This document shows, in pieces, positions 11,761 to 25,200 of a stretch of DNA of 64,000 nucleotides (positions are counted from its first letter, which is position 1; every line of letters begins with the position of its first letter). A model generated the notes under the pieces. That model had not been told where the DNA came from. It ran no database searches and was given only the letters and a program-made list of their open reading frames with translations. Position numbers and translations under genes: made by a program. This stretch comes from Gnetum montanum (Eukaryota; Plantae; Gnetophyta). Where the stretch lies: positions 140,328-204,327 of the forward strand of contig MNCI01002855.1 in the NCBI GenBank assembly GCA_015680685.1. Direction: 5' to 3'.

Positions 11761-14700
11761 CTTGAAGATGTCTCTCAACAATAGTAGACGTCTTGGCTAA
11801 GTTGAAGGATGCTTAGAAGAGGAAGAAGTCTCCCTCATGAAGTACATGTGTTGGTTGAGTTAAAGGATGCTTAGAAGAAGACTTCTTCCTTGTGGAGAAT
11901 ACATCTCCCAAATGGAAGTTTGATACAAAATACATCTCTATCTTGAAGAATATGTCTCCAATGACCATTAGATAGTCATTGCACAAATTCTGAGGTGATT
12001 TTGGAAACATCTAGGCTATAAAAGGACTTCATTCTCTTAGAAAAATGGCAAGTGTTGAATGCAAGCAAGTGTTAATATTAAGTAATCATTGTGTAAATTA
12101 TCCTATTGTATTTGTGTACTTCATTGTACTATATTTTGTACTAATGTAAGAGATCTATTGTATTGTACCTCAAAGTGCAAGGACCTACAATTTTTTTGCA
12201 TCTTTTTCTTGTAATTTTTGTTTCTCTTTTGTTACCTTGTAGGGTTGATGTGCTTCTTGTGGGAAGGCATTGTTCTTGACCTTGTTGATGTAGTGCCACA
12301 ACACTTCAAAGCAAAGATCAAGTTGTAAAGGCTTTGGAATCCTGGAAACCACATTCTAAGCTTGTTGGTACCTTACGGAGTTAAGTGGATTTGTGACATC
12401 GAATCACTCTAGAGTGAAACTTAGATCTATATAGGGTGTGGTACCCTTCAAACCACATTTCTAGAGGAACAAAGTTTGTAGGTCTACTTGTGATCTATCC
12501 TTTGAATGTGGGCTACCCAAGTTGGGAAACCATGTTAAATTTGGTTGTGATCTTTGTAGCTAAAATTTTTTTTTCTATAACTTATTCATCATCCCCTTAT
12601 AGGTTCAACGATCCTCACCAACTTTTAAATTTCCTCTACTAGTTGCCTATTTGATTCTTTTGAGCATCCACTACCACTACCACTTTTCACTTTCCTGACT
12701 ATGGGAATAGAAGCATCACTAGCTACAACATGCTACTGCAAGATCTGTAATAGTTGTTGTATACGATCTGGTTGACTATTTTTAGGACCACTGCTAGATG
12801 TTTGAGGAGGTTGCTCCAACCCATCATTAGGCCCTTCTGATTTGTGGGTCTGACCAACATCATGGCCATGCCTACTATACATATCTATAACTTGAAATCA
12901 CAAATGGATGATAGCTCTAATACCACAATGTAACACCCCACCCTAGCTAGAGCAAGGTGATGCTTAGGATCACTAGTAATCTTACAATGGAAGCATGATA
13001 AACTAAAAGCTAATGCTGTGTAGAAATATGTTATATTAAGGAAGGTCAAATGACACAACAAACCATGCTAACCAAAAAATTAAACATACATGTCAATTTA
13101 TAAAATTGCATGTCTCTACATAATCCAACAATCTACACTACTAAGTTTGAATGCCTATTATTGCATGCATGGCCACGCACAATCATATGTGTCTTCTCCA
13201 TGTCCTTGACCAGCAAGGCACTAAATTGGGATCATGCACTTCCCAAGGCCTCCATTTCCTCTTTGGAGGATTTTCTTAGCTAATTCATCATGCACTTCAA
13301 GTATAACTTGAAGCATAAGGCAACCCTAGACTAGCTAATGCAAAATAAGTAGGGCCACTTAGAGCCTATGCAAAAATTCATACAATGCTATAGTGCATTG
13401 GTCAACAAAATTTGTGAGCCCATTGTGGAAACACACCTACTAGCAATTTTCAAGGGTGTAGTGAATGACTTTATTAAGTTAAAGTTGTACTATTTAGCCC
13501 CACAATCCTTAAGCCAAGAATTTGCTCAAACCAAGAGCATTCAAGATGCAGCAAAGGCCAACAAGGGCCCAGCTTACATGGCCTACAAGAACTTGCATGC
13601 CAAAAAGGATAAGAACAAAGGAAAATAGGTAACCACAACTGTGGCAATAGTGGCCAACAAGGCCAAGCCAACGAATGCTAAACCAACAACCAAGCCACCC
13701 AAGGCCCTGGCTAATAACAAGGCTTCTAAGCCTAGAATTGTAATAAGCAACCAACTTACAACATCAGCAACCATGGGGCAAGCTACCCCAAGGTCAAAAT
13801 TTGAGTGCAAGTACTACTCAAAGTACACACGGTTACCACTCAAGCTATCAAAACTCCTGGACCAACTGCTTAAGGTTGGAAGAATCTAGTACAAGTAGAT
13901 GTCCAAGGATGCTTGTAAGTGACATGATAGGTACTGTGAGCTCCTTAGGAATCCCTTGGCTATAGCACCAAATAAGCCTCTGGTCCCTAAACATTTTAGG
14001 CTAGATCAATTTTTCCAATATCATCAATTGCCTAGGAACGACACAAATTTCTACATGGCTCTACAAGATGACATCTAGTGCATGATTGATTGGGGTAAGT
14101 TGGTTCTTGATGCCACCAACCTAGTTTGCCCCCAAAATCAATCAATGAGGATCTATAAGGACCCTCTGAATGCATGTTGTATAGCATACACCATCAATGC
14201 TATCAGAATTAATGGTAACTTAGAACCGGTGTAGGAGCCATTCATGGTTCTTGTGCCCTCTAGGAATGCTAGGACCTCCTTGACATCCACTAATTCGAGG
14301 ATTCCTTTTGTTATTAGATCACCACCTTAGGCACTCACAACATCCTTTATGGTCAAGGTCCTATAGCACGTTGCAACAACAATAGCCCAATCACCCTTTG
14401 TTGTTAGGGTGCCACAACATGCAGACCCCTCACTTGCTTGAAGTTTGATGGTGGGCCATGCATCAACCCCTGCACGTCCAAGGGATCATCCTATAGGCAA
14501 CACTGGAAAAACATCTAAGTCATAACCTGGGAGGCCTAGTGAGCACCTCACTGACAAAATGATTAGGTAGCACTAGGGGCAAAAAGAGTTGGGTCCATCG
14601 AAGCTCGTTCCCTTGTCCACCATCCCCATGGCCAAATCAACTGAGAAGGCCACCATAAGCAACCAGCAATCAAGCATTAAGGCTCCTAGGCAAGTAAGGC

Positions 14701-15241
14701 AAGCCAAGCCCAAATCTCCTCCATGAGAGATTCATCTCTTGGGCTACATGAAGGATATGAAAGCTAATAAAACAATAGATAGTGAAAAAGACTTTCTAGA
14801 CACATTATCTTAGGTCAAATAGGCTTTAAAATAGAAGAACACAATGTTAAGCCTATACGACCTGATCATGGCCTCCTCTGCCCATCGTGAAGCACTGGTC
14901 CACATGTTGACCTCCATTTCTATTATGGAGAACATCCCAACTAATGAACAATCCATCCACGCTATGATGCTTTCCCTTGCACCACGGGTGATGGGCCGCG
15001 ATATCACATACGCGATATCGCAGCCTGTCGTCATGTCTATAAATAAGAGGTGGCTTTCCCTTGTTCAATCATCTAGAATTAGTCCCTTAGCCAAACTATA
15101 GTAGTTTTACCATTCCATAGTTAGAATAATTTCCATGTGCTCGTAGTAGGAGTCTCAAAGTGAACGGATCTTTATTCGAGCAAATTGTACTTGAGCACAC
15201 ATTTGTGTACAGAAATAAAGACGAACTTTCTGATAAACCTT

Positions 15242-15720
15242 NNNNNNNNNNNNNNNNNNNNNNNNNNNNNNNNNNNNNNNNNNNNNNNNNNNNNNNNNNN
15301 NNNNNNNNNNNNNNNNNNNNNNNNNNNNNNNNNNNNNNNNNNNNNNNNNNNNNNNNNNNNNNNNNNNNNNNNNNNNNNNNNNNNNNNNNNNNNNNNNNNN
15401 NNNNNNNNNNNNNNNNNNNNNNNNNNNNNNNNNNNNNNNNNNNNNNNNNNNNNNNNNNNNNNNNNNNNNNNNNNNNNNNNNNNNNNNNNNNNNNNNNNNN
15501 NNNNNNNNNNNNNNNNNNNNNNNNNNNNNNNNNNNNNNNNNNNNNNNNNNNNNNNNNNNNNNNNNNNNNNNNNNNNNNNNNNNNNNNNNNNNNNNNNNNN
15601 NNNNNNNNNNNNNNNNNNNNNNNNNNNNNNNNNNNNNNNNNNNNNNNNNNNNNNNNNNNNNNNNNNNNNNNNNNNNNNNNNNNNNNNNNNNNNNNNNNNN
15701 NNNNNNNNNNNNNNNNNNNN
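15242..15720. other. Assembly gap inside 5' LTR
   Basis: N run. Comparison with the 3' LTR suggests only ~200 bp are really missing. Confidence 1.
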
Positions 15721-16034
15721 GAAGTGGGAATGGATACTGATGCTAGGATACTTAGAACTTAGTTAGTGAATAGTTAATGGAAATTAGTTATTTAGTTCTC
15801 TTCACCCTTCCCTACTAGCGTAGGCATTAAAAAGATAAAAGATATAAAAATCACATACCTGAAACTTACTTAACCATACAACCGTGACAATACAAGTTTG
15901 GGAGGACAACAATTGATTAACCTTAAGTGTTCCATTTGGGCGCGTAAGCACTTAGTCCTTGGAGTTCGACCAGATCGCATGTGAAATGCTCGTATTCGTA
16001 TGGTTGAGTGTAGGGGTACCTCTCCATTCATCAT

Positions 16035-16051
16035 TGGCACCATTGCCAGGG
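16035..16051 (+). promoter_or_regulatory. Primer-binding site, tRNA-Asp type
   Basis: TGGCACCATTGCCAGGG directly after the LTR end; a G>A-degenerate version of the Athila PBS TGGCGCCGTTGCCGGGG. Confidence 0.85.
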
Positions 16052-16150
16052 ACTTAGTTATTTGTGCACTACGTAGAACATAGGAGATCATCCATAGCAT
16101 TGGGAAGCTTAAACAAACCCTTAGGGTTGATTAAAAGAAAAATAAAGATA

Positions 16151-19100
16151 ATGGTAGATAGCACACCGAACAAGACTAAAATGTATTCTTCTTTGCACAA
16201 AAGCACTTCACCACCTAGGAGGAACACTAGAGATAGTCGGCGGCACAACACACATAACCAAAATCCGCCAGTTCCTCAACAATTCTGAGTGGTATATATT
16301 CATCACGATGAATATGTACCTAACTTTACCTTTATCCTCCATCAAGATGAGCAACTACGTTGGAGAAATTTGGAGGGTAACATAGTGTTGCCTCTAGACC
16401 GAGTAGTCCCTAACATGCTCCTTCGTGCTCTTGCATGAATAGGCATGTCACAATTGTATGCAGAGTACATTGCATGCGAGTATGACACAAAGGATTACCA
16501 TCCCACAGAAGTGCAATGTCAATGGGACTTGTGGCAGGAGAGGTACCACAAATCTTTGAAAGGCAAAGGACCCCATAATGCTTCACCCATCATAAGCAAA
16601 ATTAAGGGTGGTGAACCTATTTCAATAGGTCCCCCACAAAACGATGTTTCCCCTCCTAACGATGGTGAGTAGGTGGTGTATTAGAACCTTCACTCCACAA
16701 TTCACAATCCTAGTTCTAATCCCCATGAACGCTAAGTGTTCAACGAGGGAACACGAACACATGATAAGGGTGAGCATTCTGATCATCATCATGATCGGAG
16801 CCGGGACCACCAAAGAGAAGGTAGGAAACATCGTCATGGTGATGGTTCTCCTTCTTCTTCATCTTCATCGTCACATTCACCCTCTCCTTCAGTATCAAGA
16901 TGCAGTCATAAGGAGCCTAACCATAAGGATAAGGGTAAATAGAGTGAGAAACCTCGATGAGAGAGTCGAGAGCGAGGACAAGGGCACTCTAGAGAATCAT
17001 GACATGGAAGAAGGAAAAGTAGGGAACCACATAGACATCATAGATGCTATGAGAGAAATGACCATGAAGAACCCCTACTTGCAACCTGAAGCATGTTAGA
17101 CATCACGAAGGCCATTAGAATTCCTACAAAGCACCAAAAAGATAGCAGGATCAAGAAATTAGGCATGAATAATATCCCATGATTTGAGGGAGGATACAAT
17201 GTTGATCCTCAAAACCACTTATAGGCATTTCACAATGCATGTGCCNAATCAACTCTACCATCTCATAGATGGACTTAGGCACGAAACCAGGAGAACCCTT
17301 GGAATGTATGCCCAAGGAAGATTATCTGAGCTTAGGTCCCATCAAATTCATAGATTTTTGGAGTAAGTAGCTAAGGAAGAAAGACAGCTACGCAAGAGAG
17401 AAAGCATGGAAGAGTACAACTACGATCCTTCCCTACAAAAAAGGGGAGTAAGATTCTGTGAGGAGGAGGATGAGTCACCACTCGAAGAGATGGTGAATAG
17501 GAAAACCTTACCGCTCCAAAAATTAACAATAGAAGTGTCGGCAAAGGTAGATCAAATGTGGGACTCCTTAGATAATAGATCTAAAACCGTTCTAAAAATC
17601 GTAGAGAAGTCTAAGGAGTGTAGTGACCATGATAAAAAGAAAAAGAGGGATTTGGACCATGCACATAACAAAGGTAGGGGTAAAATGACCATCACCAAAG
17701 AGGTTGTGGATTCTGATAAAGACAATGACGGTGGATGTGAGCTATGCCAGTATGACCATCCTAAGGGATGTTGCCCAGTCATCTCACATATACAAGAGTC
17801 TGGGGTGTATGCACTTAACCCACAACTTAACAAATAGCAAGCACCCTGAAGGTTACCTTATCCCCAAGGTAACTCGAGGCAGTTCCACCAACCATTAACG
17901 TATTATCCAAGTGGAACTCTGCCACAACCTATTGAGCAACACTAGTAGTGGCAATACCCACAGTCATGGGGGATGCCACCACCAAGGCAATGATACCCTT
18001 ACCGACAACCGGATCCATATGGCTATTACGTGCAACAGCCAATCTTTTCACGTGACTCTATTGGTTACGTGACTCCACAATGTCACTACCAAGCTCAGGA
18101 GTATTATAGGACTCCTTCTCCTAGGAGAGACATACCACACGCATACCATCCTCCAAATCCATCTGCCACTCTCACACCGATAGCTCTGTTACCACCCGCT
18201 CTAGCGATGCAAGGGGAGCTCCCCACTCAACCGCAGCAATGCAATGCTATCAGAGCTGTAAACCTTCAACCCATTGCTGGTTCTGACAACTGCACAAAGA
18301 GAATACATTTCTTTAGAACCAACAGTCCAAACAAGCTCTCACAACCACAAGCAGTTGAGCCTCCAAATGCTTCTCCATCCAATAAGGCTTCTGAGCTTCC
18401 TTCAAACTAAAAATAGAGCTCAACGCATACAGTAATGTTAACACATACCATCACTGACTGGATCAAGGAGGGCCACCTTCCCAAAAAATTCTTTGATCTT
18501 GGAAGTCCCTTAATTTATCTCCAAGTCACTGGGAGTGAACCACGTAAAGCTCTTCTAAACTCAGGTTCCATATTCAACTTAATATCACAACAGATGTATA
18601 AAGCCTAGAACCTGCCTTCACTAAAAAAGAGCAATATTCTCTTAGAGCTAGCTGACTAGCCCATCACTGTTCCCTTGGGACTAGTGGAGGACGTCATTAC
18701 CACTATGTGTGGTTGGTCATACCTAGCTGATTTCCTAGTAATACAAGTAGACAATGACAAAGGGGACTTCCCAATAATAATGGGAAGGGCATGGCTAAGT
18801 ACCATAAATGCATGCTTAGGAATCTATGATCTTTCCCTGGAAATATCTAAGGAAAACACTTTTGGAAAGATCGAGAAGAAGAAAGTTCCATGCATCACAT
18901 ACAGTGATATAGGGTGTGATGGCATACAGGAATGCTCAACATTGCCTTCATGCAACTGGTGTGCACAAGAAATTAACATACAAAAATTCCTGTATGTAGC
19001 AACCACACAACAAAAAGACACCCCGTGGTTGATAGTTGATCCAAAGAGCAACTTACCAACATGCATGGGGCTAACTGGGGGAACAACTTGCGCTCACGAT

Positions 19101-19200
19101 GAAAGTATAAATACACTAGAACAAGAGCATCGCTAACTTCCAACCCTTAACCTGAAAACATCAATTGGGAGAAGTTGGGCACTTCTAAAAAATTCAAACA
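16151..19200 (+). pseudogene. gag: gag and aspartic protease, degenerate
   Basis: ORF fragments include the zinc knuckle CELCQYDHPKGCC and protease GLVEDVITT...DFLVI...PIIMGRAWL. Homologous to 10300-11760 on the minus strand. Confidence 0.85.
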
Positions 19201-22200
19201 AGTGCTCATTATTTTAGATCTCTCCCTTTCAATTCAGTCATGGGGGAGATGGCCACCTATGTTGATCAATCAAGGCCCTCAGTTCCTTTTTAAGTTTTTG
19301 TTTTACACATTTTTGTTTTGCCAATTTCTTTAACTTTTCTTGTTTTTTGTTTTGTAACATCATTCATACTTATTCATTTATTTGTGTATTTATTTATTTT
19401 TGTTTTCATTTTGTTAAGTTTGTCGCTTAATAAGTGCTTCGAAGATAGTATGAACTATATTCCATTGATTGCTAATGTTTGGTTTTTACCTTTCAGTTAT
19501 GATGTTGATACTTCGATATAGTTCTTTTGATATAATAGGCAATGAGTCCATGTCATCCATGCATCCATGAATTTCTATGGTCTCTCTTGGCTTGGAACTA
19601 TACAGTCCCTTTTTCAATAATAAGAACTATCAACGAATCGGTGGCTGGGCATTTCTCAAACTAAGGAAGGACTCAAGGACTGAAAAGGATGTGACTTCAA
19701 GGGAACTTGATGCATTTGTGCTGCCATTCTCTTGGGTGCTTGGATGTTTTCTTCTTGAGTTTTCCCTACCATTCTGACGATTGCTCCATTATCGAGAAGC
19801 TAAGCTAATAAAAATAATAATAAGTCTTTGCATGGTGTTTTTCTCATGCAAAACACAAAAAACAAAAGAAGAGAAAAAAATAGTGGGAATTCAAAGCACA
19901 CCCCTTAGACAAAATAATCATATGGGCTATAAGAACTAGTTATGGAACTGACTAAAAATGCTCCCTCTAACTAAGGCCCTTCCTCACTTCCTACTTTTTC
20001 CTCTTTCGTTTCATCAGAATGGTGGTGACTCTTTAGTGGAAGCATTCTTGTTACTTCAAGCGGATGGATGGGCCAAATGTATTAATGCAAAGTCACTGGA
20101 TGTGGATTGTTTGAGGCTAGATTTGGAATGAGATCTACTAAGTCACATTAACCATTAACACACAAGGGGATGTACACCACCTTGTTTTTGAGACTCCATT
20201 CCACTCTCTTCTTTCCATCCTTCTTTCTACATTTTTCACCTCATTTTCAGTTTTATCAAACGTCCATATTTTGGTTGATGCATTTTTTTCTTTTTGGTAA
20301 ACTCTTGTGGTTAAGACTTTAACTCTTGTCTCCAAATGACATTCCTAGAGCCTACGGACTCTTTGAATATGGGATTTTCAGGGCATTAAGGGCATGAGCC
20401 TGCTTTGGGGAGGACCCACTAGCATTCCTATTTGGTACATCTATTAATTTCTTTCCCTTAAACATTTCCTCAATCACCATTTATTTTGTTCATCTCCATC
20501 TTTGACATACATTTTATCGGTGCAACCATTGTTTCTTTTTCTCCATCTTTTCTATTCCTTATCTTTTCCATTCTCTTGCTACCAGAGGATCGCTCTCAGT
20601 CATGGGGGTCTTGGTCCAATTTTTTCAATTTTCTCCTAACCCCTACACCTAGAGTGGTCACCTGTATTATATCTCTCGATCTACATTAGCCATATCACAA
20701 CTCAACCAATGGACCTTACACTGAGGCAAGATATTAACTGCATTGTGATTCATTTACCCTTACTAATATCATACTGTGTTGTGTGTGCAGATGGTAATCA
20801 TACAACAACGGATTGGATTTGGAGGGAACACTTGGAATGGACTGGTGCTGAAGTAGCTATGCAAGGAACAAGATTGATGACGTGCTTATGGATGGACAGC
20901 GAAAAGCACAATCTTGGCGTCAGCAGCAACATACTTCTTATTTTTCTCTCTCTCTTCTCTCTTCTCTCTCAACTACCAAAGAAGGCTAGATGTCAAATGT
21001 GTATAGTGTTCACTCTTGTTGTCATGAACACTAAATTTTGTCATGTATTGTAATGATGATACATTCACATGTCATCCCATCTACCATTAGTATCATTCAA
21101 GTCAATAATCCCATACCTTCCCAATATTTTGTAAGGAACTCGAGGATGAGTTTTCATTCAGTCATGGGGGTATGATGGGCCACGATATCACATACGCGAT
21201 ATCGCAGCCTGCCGTCATGTCTATAAATAAGAGGTGGCTTTCCCTTATTCAATCATCTAAAATTAGTCCCTTAGCCAAACTATAGCAGTTTTACCATTCC
21301 AGAGTTAGAATAATTTCCATGTGCCCGCAATAGGAGTCTCAAAGTGAACGGATCTTTATTCGAGCAAATTGTACCTGAGCACACATTTGTGTACAGTAAT
21401 AAAGATAAACTTTTTGATAAACCTTGCAGCACATGGACTAAGCTAAATAGGATTTAATTACCATTAAATGTTTAAATGCTTTTTTAGATAATTAATCTCT
21501 CTCAACCCTTGACTCTCCTAGTTAAGTGCATTCAATATGACTGCTTCGAGCATGTTTGTAATGCTTGGTAACCCAGTAATGAGTAGCGTTTGGTAATCCC
21601 AATAGCGTTGCACTAGTTTAAGGTGTGTACAGGAAGTGGGAACGGATACTGATGCTAGGATACTTAGAACTTAGTTAGTGAATAGTTAATGAAAATTAGT
21701 TATTTAGTTCTCTTCACCCTTCCCTACTAGCATAGGCATTAAAAAGATAAAAGATATAAAAATCACATACCTCAAACTTACTTAACCATACAACCGTGAC
21801 AATACAAGTAAGTTTGGAAGGACAACGATTGATTAACCTTAAGTGTTCCATTTGGGTGCATAAGTACTTAGTCCTTGGAGTTCAACTGGATCGCGCGTGA
21901 AACGCTCGTATTCGTATGGTTGAGTGTATAGGTACCTCGCCACTCATCAATAGGAATTAAGCTCAACACTCCTGTAGTTCTGTGATGAGGTGATCAAGGT
22001 TGACCTTAAGAAGGGTTAGGTCATTACTGCACCAATGTTTATCACAATTCACATTGGGAAATGAAAAATCTGAAGGATGCATGTTAATGATGGGGCGGCA
22101 ACCAACATCATCCCATACATCATCATCGATAAGCTAGGTCTTGCTAACTAAATCAAACCCATGAAGATAACATGCCTAAAGTCCTTCAATGGATCATGCA

Positions 22201-25200
22201 TTGTTGTAAGCGGAATGGTCACGAGAACCTTCGCGGTAGGGGAGCAATTCCCCACCATTGTAGAGTTCATCGTAATTGAAGAGATGCTCGGATTCAACTT
22301 GATCTTGGGTAGGTCATGGTTGGCCTAACTGTGGGCCATCTCTTCTCCTATTCACCAAGAAATCCACCTTCCATACAGAGGTGGTGAGGTTATCATTTAT
22401 AGTGACAATGCAACCCCTCTAGCCATCAACAATATAGACTCAGAATAAGGGTTAAAGGTGGAGTTCTCCTATGACGTGCCTCCCATAAAGGACAAGGGTG
22501 AAACATGTGAGGCAAACTAACCTGAGGGACCAAAGGGAGCCAACGACCTCCTGGAGGATGCTTTGTGGGCAAAATTACCCTTCGACATAGTTTATGAAGG
22601 TCAAGGCGAGTACTGCATAGTACCATCTAAGCCCTACACACTGCCTAACCCACATTGGATTAGGAAGCAACTACACAACTAAGGCACCTCCTTAGTCCAA
22701 CATGCGCTAGGTTCCTTCTTGCTCTTCACTTCTACACACCTTGCTTGCTTGCATCTTGTTTGTGCATTTATGTTTAGCTTGGTTGTTTGCATTTTGCATT
22801 GTTTACTTTGTTATGGATTTATTTTCTTTGTTTGTGAGTTTTTGATTAGTTTACGCGTATGCTTGTTTAGTTTACTCTTTAGCAGTTATTGGCCTATGCA
22901 TGAAAAACATGAAAATACATAAAAATTATAAAAACTAAAACTACAAAAAAGCATGGCCCACCATGGCCTAAAACTAGCAATCNTTGATGTGAGATGGCAT
23001 GTAATGACTATGTTTGCTATATGGAGTATGCAACTTTTACGATTATTTGTTATGTGTTTATTGTGTTGATGTTGTGATGGATTGTTGTACTAAGTTATGA
23101 TTACACAATGACATGATTGTGTGATGGTAAGATGGCTAGGCCATTTTGCAAAGAGGGTCGATGCTAGTTTAAGGCCATTCTAGGCCACGATGATAGTTTT
23201 AGGCCATTTTGGGCCACGTGTGTTGGTAGTTCTAGGCCATGTTGGGCCCTAGTGGTAGTTTAAGGCATTTTCAAGCCATGCAATAGAAGGAAAAGTGTTG
23301 CCAGTTTTATGCTGTGGTGGACCATGCAATGCCAATTTAGGGCAATGGAAAGTCATGTGCTAGTTTAAGGCCTTTTTGGGCCATGTGATGCAAGGGAGAT
23401 TGCTAGTTTTAGGCCATGGTGGGCCATGCTTTTTTGTAGTTTTAGTTTTTATAATTTTTATGTATTTTCATGTTTTTCATGCATAGGCCAATAACTGCTA
23501 AAGAGTAAACTAAACAAGCATACGCGTAAACTAATCAAAAACTCACAAACAAAGAAAATAAATCCATNTGTCCACAATGGCCCATGCGAGTGGCTCCATC
23601 GAAAATGTAGAAGATGAAGCCTCTCCTAAGGGGGTGATAATCTGCCTCTCCAAAGAGCCACTCACCACGATATGACAAGTGAACAACTTGTAGGCTCATC
23701 TCTTACTAGTTGCCTCAAGGAACATCTCAAGGCAACAACGTTCAATAGACTCCTCCTTATACCACTTAAGGTATGCATCTCACTCATGCTTATAGTGGTG
23801 CTTATGGTTCTTTTGGGTCTACCCCCACCTATACACATTTGTACTATAGCTTTTCTAGTCTTGGTTCTTTTGGGTGAGTAGATCCATCTGGAGTTGCTAC
23901 TTCATAATCTCTTGGGTTACCTCATTTTTACCCTGGATGGCTGACCAGTACCTAGCATAGTCTATCTCCACAGTCCACCAGGTATTGTCTCCCTATGAAC
24001 AAGCTACTAAAAAGTCATAATGGAACTGAAGGTCCCCTATCTTTGTGTCTTGGCTTGTCACCCTCTCTTGGAGCTTGTGAACGCACTTCCATAGGTGCTC
24101 ATTTGAATGCCTACACAGCCATAACACTTTTTCACAGGAAAGAACGCATTTACTCAGTGGCTCATATATATGACAAGGCACCTACTTCACTTTAGGAGAG
24201 GACTCAGGGATGATGTCCACTTTGGCCATCCTGCTTAGATCCTAGTGAAGCTGAGAACCTATTAGCATACAATAAGCAAATTAACTTTAGCCACAAACTA
24301 AGCTTTTGATCAGTAAGGCATAAAAGCAAAGCAAAATCAAACACATACCAAGCTTAGGATTGGTCTGCTATAGGTGGTCAACTATGTCTTCATTGATTCC
24401 TTCCATGAAGGTAAACTTGTTGAGCATGTCTACCCACGACTTCATGTGGTAGGTAGACATCTACTCACTAGCAAGCACATCTGAGATTGTAACACAACAA
24501 TGCACTTTGCAACAACTAAATAGCCAAAGATTCTAGAGCAAAAGAGCAATAATAGATGACAATTTAAGGCACCTACCTAACAAGCCCTTAGGTGCAAGAG
24601 CAAGGGGGTCACCTAGCTACAAGCTATCAAAAAGGTGGTCAAAATCACCCCCATTAGGGTGGAATAACCCCTCCTCCTCCAACTATTGGAGGGTCTATAT
24701 GGACTTGCGTAGTTCCTCCTCACATGCTTCTCCCTCCTTAGCTTGAGGAGGGGCCTCCTTTGCTAATTCTTCCACTGCTGCTTTGTAGCCCTCTCTCCTA
24801 ATTTTGACAATTTAAAATATAACGCCTTAGCACATATTAGTCACATTAGCACATTAATATAACATAGTAGAAAAACATAAAAATATAAACATGAAAAATT
24901 ACAAAAAATGGATGCATCTGATAAAGTACGTATACTAACCTATAACCTTTGTGTGTAAACCATGAAGCTTGAGGTGGATTTTCTTACCACTTGCTTTTCC
25001 AACCTCAGGAGCAACCTCCTCTGCAAGGCATGGCCTCTTGATCTTCACCTTGGATAATCTCATTGTCTCTATAATATAGCAATTTGCCTTGTTCACGTCC
25101 CCAGTTCCAATTGGGGGACCCTTGCCTGCGATGTCATGTGAATATGACTCATCGATCCCCTTTAGGGGGTCTTGCGCATGAGTCGTCATGAACATATGCT

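Larger units (their letters stand above)
14989..21949 (+). mobile_element. Complete non-autonomous Athila-type LTR element (gag + protease only)
   Basis: LTRs 14989-16033 (gapped) and 21173-21949 with TGATG...CATCA ends; PBS 16035-16051; PPT 21158-21172. Flanks are ACGGG/ATAGG, and the empty site CACCATAGGAATC is at ~44343-44355. Confidence 0.93.

Noticed and set aside
15160-15766. Long ORFs containing X runs (also 5498-5937 and 62212-63387)
   Set aside because: Produced by translating N gaps.
22820-23568. Inverted repeat / local inversion
   Set aside because: Bounded by single n's (22983, 23568), and the duplicate at ~45213-45781 shows the same sequence once and uninverted. Assembly artefact.
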